From the NCBI GenBank assembly GCA_024711025.1, contig JANJTP010000019.1:10005-74004 (forward strand): a stretch of 64,000 bases of DNA, in the 5' to 3' direction. Positions 61,165 through 64,000 of the stretch are shown here, one piece after another. The notes beneath the pieces were generated by a model. It did no database searches. It was not told the origin of the DNA and saw only the letters and a program-made list of their open reading frames with translations. Position 1 is the first letter of the stretch, and each line of letters opens with the position of its first letter. Both the position numbers and the translations under genes were made by a program. The stretch comes from Solirubrobacteraceae bacterium (lineage in GTDB: Bacteria > Actinomycetota > Thermoleophilia > Solirubrobacterales > Solirubrobacteraceae).

Positions 61165-62448
61165 ATGCGCACGACGACCGCCGGCCGACACCGCCGCACG
61201 CCGATCACGGCGCTCTCCGTGCTCGCGCTGGCCGGCGCCGCCCTGCTCTCCGGCGGCCAGCCGGCTGCGGCGAAGACCACGAGCCCCGTGATCACGAAGG
61301 TCGCGCCGCTCAAGATCGAGGTCGGCCAGGAGCTGCGGATCCGCGGACGCGGCTTCGTCGCCGGCAAGCGCCGCAACATCGTCGTCTTCAAGCGCGACGG
61401 CCAACAGGCCGTGTTCGTCAAGGCGGATACGGCGACGCGCACGCTGATCCGCCTGCGCGTCCCCACGAAGCTGCTGCCGTTCCTGACCGCGAAGGATGGC
61501 AAGCCGACGATCCGCCGCTTCCGCCTGCGGGTGCTGGCGAAGCGGTTCGGCAAGGCGTACACGACCGTCAAGCGCTCGCCGCAGGTCGGTCCCGCCGGGG
61601 CCTTCGGCGGATCCACCGGCCCGTCGCCCGACGGCGACTGCGACGCGGACGGGATCCCCAACGCCTCCGACACGGACGACGACAACGACCTGCTCAGCGA
61701 CGTGCAGGAGAAGGCCTACAAGACCGATCCCTGCGAGCGTGACACCGACGGCGACGGCATCAGCGACACGTTCGAGATCGAGTCGGCACTAGACCTCAAC
61801 TCGCGTGCGCTGCCCTACCCGGGCAAGCGGCCGTACCCGAACCCGCTCGACGGCACCGACGCCGGCTACGACTTCGACCAGGACGGCCTGACGCTCGGCG
61901 ACGAGTACGCCATCTGGATGTACACCGGTGGAAAGCTCCCGCTGAGCTACTCCGACGGCGACCAGGACACGAATCCGTCAGCGGCCGACACCCCGGTGGT
62001 CCCGTCGACGGCACATCTCGATATCAACGGCGACGGGCTGTTGACCGACGACGAGAAGGACGTCGACAACGACGGGCTCTCGAACTGGGACGAGGTTCAC
62101 GGGCGGATGGTGGTCGGCTGGTGGCCGGCCGTCTACCAGAGCGAGAAGCAGTACGTCGGCAGTCCCGGTGCCTCCGCGCTCTACGGGACGATCGTCACAG
62201 ATCCCGACAGCGACGGCGACGGGATCCTCGACGGCCAGGACGACCAGGACCACGACGGCTGGTCGAACTACGACGAGCTCTCGCGCTCGCGTGACTTCGG
62301 CGGCGGGACGCGCTACTGGGTCCATCCCTACAACCCCTGCCTGCCGGACTACCTCTCCCGCACCTGCACGCTGCACCCGCCGGCACAGGACCCGTGGGCG
62401 CCGTTCCCGCTCGGCCCGAGCGCGAGCAGCCCGCTGGTCCTGCCCTGA
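61165..62448 (+). CDS. secreted protein with IPT/TIG-like domain and thrombospondin-type-3-like Ca-binding Asp repeats
   Basis: In-frame part of ORF 61030..62448(+) from ATG 61165. Signal peptide ...ALSVLALAGAALLSGGQPAAA. IPT-like PVITKVAPLKIEVGQELRIRGRGF. Multiple DxDxDGxxDxxE-type repeats (DGDCDADGIPNASDTDDDND, DTDGDGISDTFE, DINGDGLLTDDEKDVDNDGLSNWDE, DPDSDGDGILDGQDDQDHDGWSNYDE). Confidence 0.8.
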   Translation: MRTTTAGRHRRTPITALSVLALAGAALLSGGQPAAAKTTSPVITKVAPLKIEVGQELRIRGRGFVAGKRRNIVVFKRDGQQAVFVKADTATRTLIRLRVPTKLLPFLTAKDGKPTIRRFRLRVLAKRFGKAYTTVKRSPQVGPAGAFGGSTGPSPDGDCDADGIPNASDTDDDNDLLSDVQEKAYKTDPCERDTDGDGISDTFEIESALDLNSRALPYPGKRPYPNPLDGTDAGYDFDQDGLTLGDEYAIWMYTGGKLPLSYSDGDQDTNPSAADTPVVPSTAHLDINGDGLLTDDEKDVDNDGLSNWDEVHGRMVVGWWPAVYQSEKQYVGSPGASALYGTIVTDPDSDGDGILDGQDDQDHDGWSNYDELSRSRDFGGGTRYWVHPYNPCLPDYLSRTCTLHPPAQDPWAPFPLGPSASSPLVLP

Positions 62449-62513
62449 GCGTGGGTGACGGCCGGTCCGGCCGCCGCCGACCGGGGTGAGTGGTGTCGTC
62501 TCGGCTCGCGGCG

Positions 62514-62593
62514 GCCTTCGGGTCGTGGCTGCAGCGGCTGCCTTCGGGTCGTGGCTGCAGTTCCTCCGGTATGGACCGGGTTTCTGCAGCCAC
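62514..62593. repeat. direct repeat x2 plus inverted copy of GTGGCTGCAG (hairpin-forming element)
   Basis: GCCTTCGGGTCGTGGCTGCAG occurs at 62514-62534 and 62540-62560. CTGCAGCCAC at 62584-62593 pairs with 62551-62560 (10-bp stem, 23-nt loop). A related hairpin lies at 6899-6941. Confidence 0.85.
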
Positions 62594-62684
62594 ATCGTGA
62601 GGCGCTCCGCGATCGGCCCCGATGAGCGCCGACGGGAGCGGGCGGCCGGGGGTGACGCCGGGCGCTACGGGGACTAGGAGCTGC

Positions 62685-63974
62685 ATGGAACCGCCCGCGC
62701 CGCCCCTCTCGCCCCTCGCGCCAGGCGCGCCCTCCACGCCGCCCACGCCCTCCACGCCGTCCACGGTTTCCGCGCCACCCACGGGCTCCACGCCGCCCGC
62801 GCCGTCCACGCTCGACGCTCTCGTCGAGCGTCTGCACTCTCAGGTGCTCGCGGACGCCTGGGCGGGCCATGGCGAGGGCGATGCCGCGCGGCGGATCGCG
62901 GTCGTCGTCGAGCGGGAGGCCGGCGTGCTGGACGCCGCGGCACGCTCGCAGCTGACCGGCCTCATCGCTCGTCGTGCCATGGGCCTGGGGCCGCTCGAGC
63001 CGTTGCTGCGCGATCCCGAGGTCGACGAGATCCTCGTCAGCGGGACGCGGCCGGTGTGGGTCGAGCGCGCGGGTCGGCTGGAGCGAACCGATGCCCGGTT
63101 CGGCGGCGAGCAAGAGCTGCGCGACACGATCGAGCGTCTGCTCGCGCCCGCCGGGCGCCGTGTCGACGACGCCGAGCCGCTCTGCGATGCCAGGCTGTCG
63201 GACGGCTCGCGCATCAACGTCGTGCTGCCGCCGCTGGCCGTCGACGGGCCGCTCGTCACGATCCGGCGCTTTCGCCCGCGTGGCATGGGCGCCGGCGAGC
63301 TGGTCGCCGCCGGATCCTGGAGCGAGCCGCTGCGCGATCTCCTCGCGGCGGCCGTGCGCGCGCGGCTGAACATCCTCGTCAGCGGCGGTACAGGCGCGGG
63401 GAAGACCACGACGCTCGGCGCGCTGGCGGGGTTCCTGGGCCACGAGGAGCGCGTCGTGACGATCGAGGACACCGCCGAGCTGAGGCTGGCGACGCAGCAT
63501 GTCGTGCGCCTCGAGGCCCGCCCCGCCGGCGTCGACGGGCGCGGCGAGGTGACGATCCGCCGGCTCGTGCGCAACGCGCTGCGGATGCGCCCGGATCGCA
63601 TCGTCGTCGGCGAGGTCCGCGGACCCGAGGCGCTCGACATGCTCCAGGCGATGGCGACCGGGCATGACGGGTCGCTATGCACGATCCACGCGGGCTCGCC
63701 GGCAGAGGCGCTGCGGCGCCTGGAGACGCTTGCGATGCTGGCGGGAGTCGGGCTTCCGCACGAGGCCGTGCGCGCGCAGGTCGCCGACGCGATCGACCTC
63801 GTCGTGCACCAGGCGCGGATTTCCGGCGGCGGGCGGCGCGTCGTCGCGGTCGCCGAGGTGAAGTGCGTCGCGGGCGGCGCGGCGGCGCGCGAGGTCTACG
63901 CATGGCGCGGCGGGCGCCCGCTGATGCGGCCCGCTCCGCAGCTCGCCGCGCGGCTCGCGCGGGACGCGACGTGA
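62685..63974 (+). CDS. cpaF: Tad/Flp pilus secretion ATPase CpaF/TadA (type II/IV secretion NTPase)
   Basis: In-frame part of ORF 62622..63974(+). ATG 62685 has AGGAG 6 nt upstream. Pro/Ser/Thr-rich N-terminus. Walker A SGGTGAGKTT, Asp box, Walker B RPDRIVVGEVRG, His box ATGHDGSLCTIHA. Confidence 0.9.
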   Translation: MEPPAPPLSPLAPGAPSTPPTPSTPSTVSAPPTGSTPPAPSTLDALVERLHSQVLADAWAGHGEGDAARRIAVVVEREAGVLDAAARSQLTGLIARRAMGLGPLEPLLRDPEVDEILVSGTRPVWVERAGRLERTDARFGGEQELRDTIERLLAPAGRRVDDAEPLCDARLSDGSRINVVLPPLAVDGPLVTIRRFRPRGMGAGELVAAGSWSEPLRDLLAAAVRARLNILVSGGTGAGKTTTLGALAGFLGHEERVVTIEDTAELRLATQHVVRLEARPAGVDGRGEVTIRRLVRNALRMRPDRIVVGEVRGPEALDMLQAMATGHDGSLCTIHAGSPAEALRRLETLAMLAGVGLPHEAVRAQVADAIDLVVHQARISGGGRRVVAVAEVKCVAGGAAAREVYAWRGGRPLMRPAPQLAARLARDAT

Positions 63975-64000
63975 TCGCGGCCACCGCGGCGCTCGCCGCC
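63971..64000 (+). CDS. start of next Tad gene (probably TadB-like membrane protein), truncated by window end
   Basis: GTG 63971 overlaps the cpaF stop (GTGA) and is followed by hydrophobic VIAATAALAA. Only 10 codons are visible, so the call rests on context. Confidence 0.3.
   Translation, partial: MIAATAALAA

Noticed and set aside
62486-62677. 63-aa ORF between the TSP3-repeat gene and cpaF as a possible Flp pilin
   Set aside because: It has no signal or leader with a G/xxxxEY processing motif and no hydrophobic pilin core. It lies over the repeat/hairpin element and is Arg/Gly-rich.

Overview
Very GC-rich (by eye about 70% or more, not computed) chromosomal segment of an Actinomycetota-type genome. 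It has class E sortase/LAxTG, Tad pilus and PntAA/AB/B genes, and many ATGA/GTGA/TGATG start-stop overlaps. Most long ORFs in the track are antisense or out-of-frame GC artefacts, so genes were called from motifs and starts were set by in-frame arithmetic on the ORF track. Starts are approximate.

Layout, left to right:
- 1-2.8 kb: sulfonate-type ABC genes, an acyl-CoA-dehydrogenase-like gene and a tandem DUF4242 gene.
- 2.9-3.3 kb: a G-rich minisatellite field.
- 3.4-5.8 kb: divergent tRNA-Leu(CAG) and tRNA-Glu(CUC), followed by a lower-GC islet with a decayed IS66 transposase and an orphan membrane-anchored HNH nuclease.
- 5.8-10.9 kb: PAP2 phosphatase, an aminotransferase-SDR-Lrp operon and an atypical LuxR regulator.
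- 10.9-35.5 kb: a roughly 25-kb Wzx/Wzy-type glycan cluster. Unusual members are a class E sortase co-oriented with two CelD/Fem-like GNAT genes (one fused to a proline-dehydrogenase-like barrel), a membrane degenerate-GGDEF protein that keeps an RxxD I-site, a 99-aa Ser/Pro-rich LASTG protein next to a Wzy_C+TPR ligase-like protein, two ConA-like lyase paralogs, two CE4 deacetylases (one fused to a GT4), an ATP-grasp ligase and an AsnB-type amidotransferase.
- 35.9-40 kb: a large orphan secreted protein and a FAD oxidoreductase.
- 40.2-47.3 kb: a B12 module with a PduO-type adenosyltransferase divergent from a cobalamin riboswitch. The riboswitch controls two DUF4430 (transcobalamin C-terminal-like) proteins, EcfT, a fused EcfA-A' and an S-component fused to a prenyltransferase-like toroid.
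- 47.5-56.2 kb: pntAA-AB-B and a glpD-secreted protein-RibD_C-folP operon.
- 56.3-59.5 kb: a Rho homolog with a degenerate motor domain, plus small genes.
- 59.7-64 kb: an OmpR regulator coupled to a Tad (CpaB, CpaF, TadB) locus that contains an IPT/thrombospondin-type-3 repeat protein.

Short tandem repeats with periods of 11-60 nt recur in intergenic regions and in three coding regions. No CRISPR array, rRNA or intact mobile element was seen.
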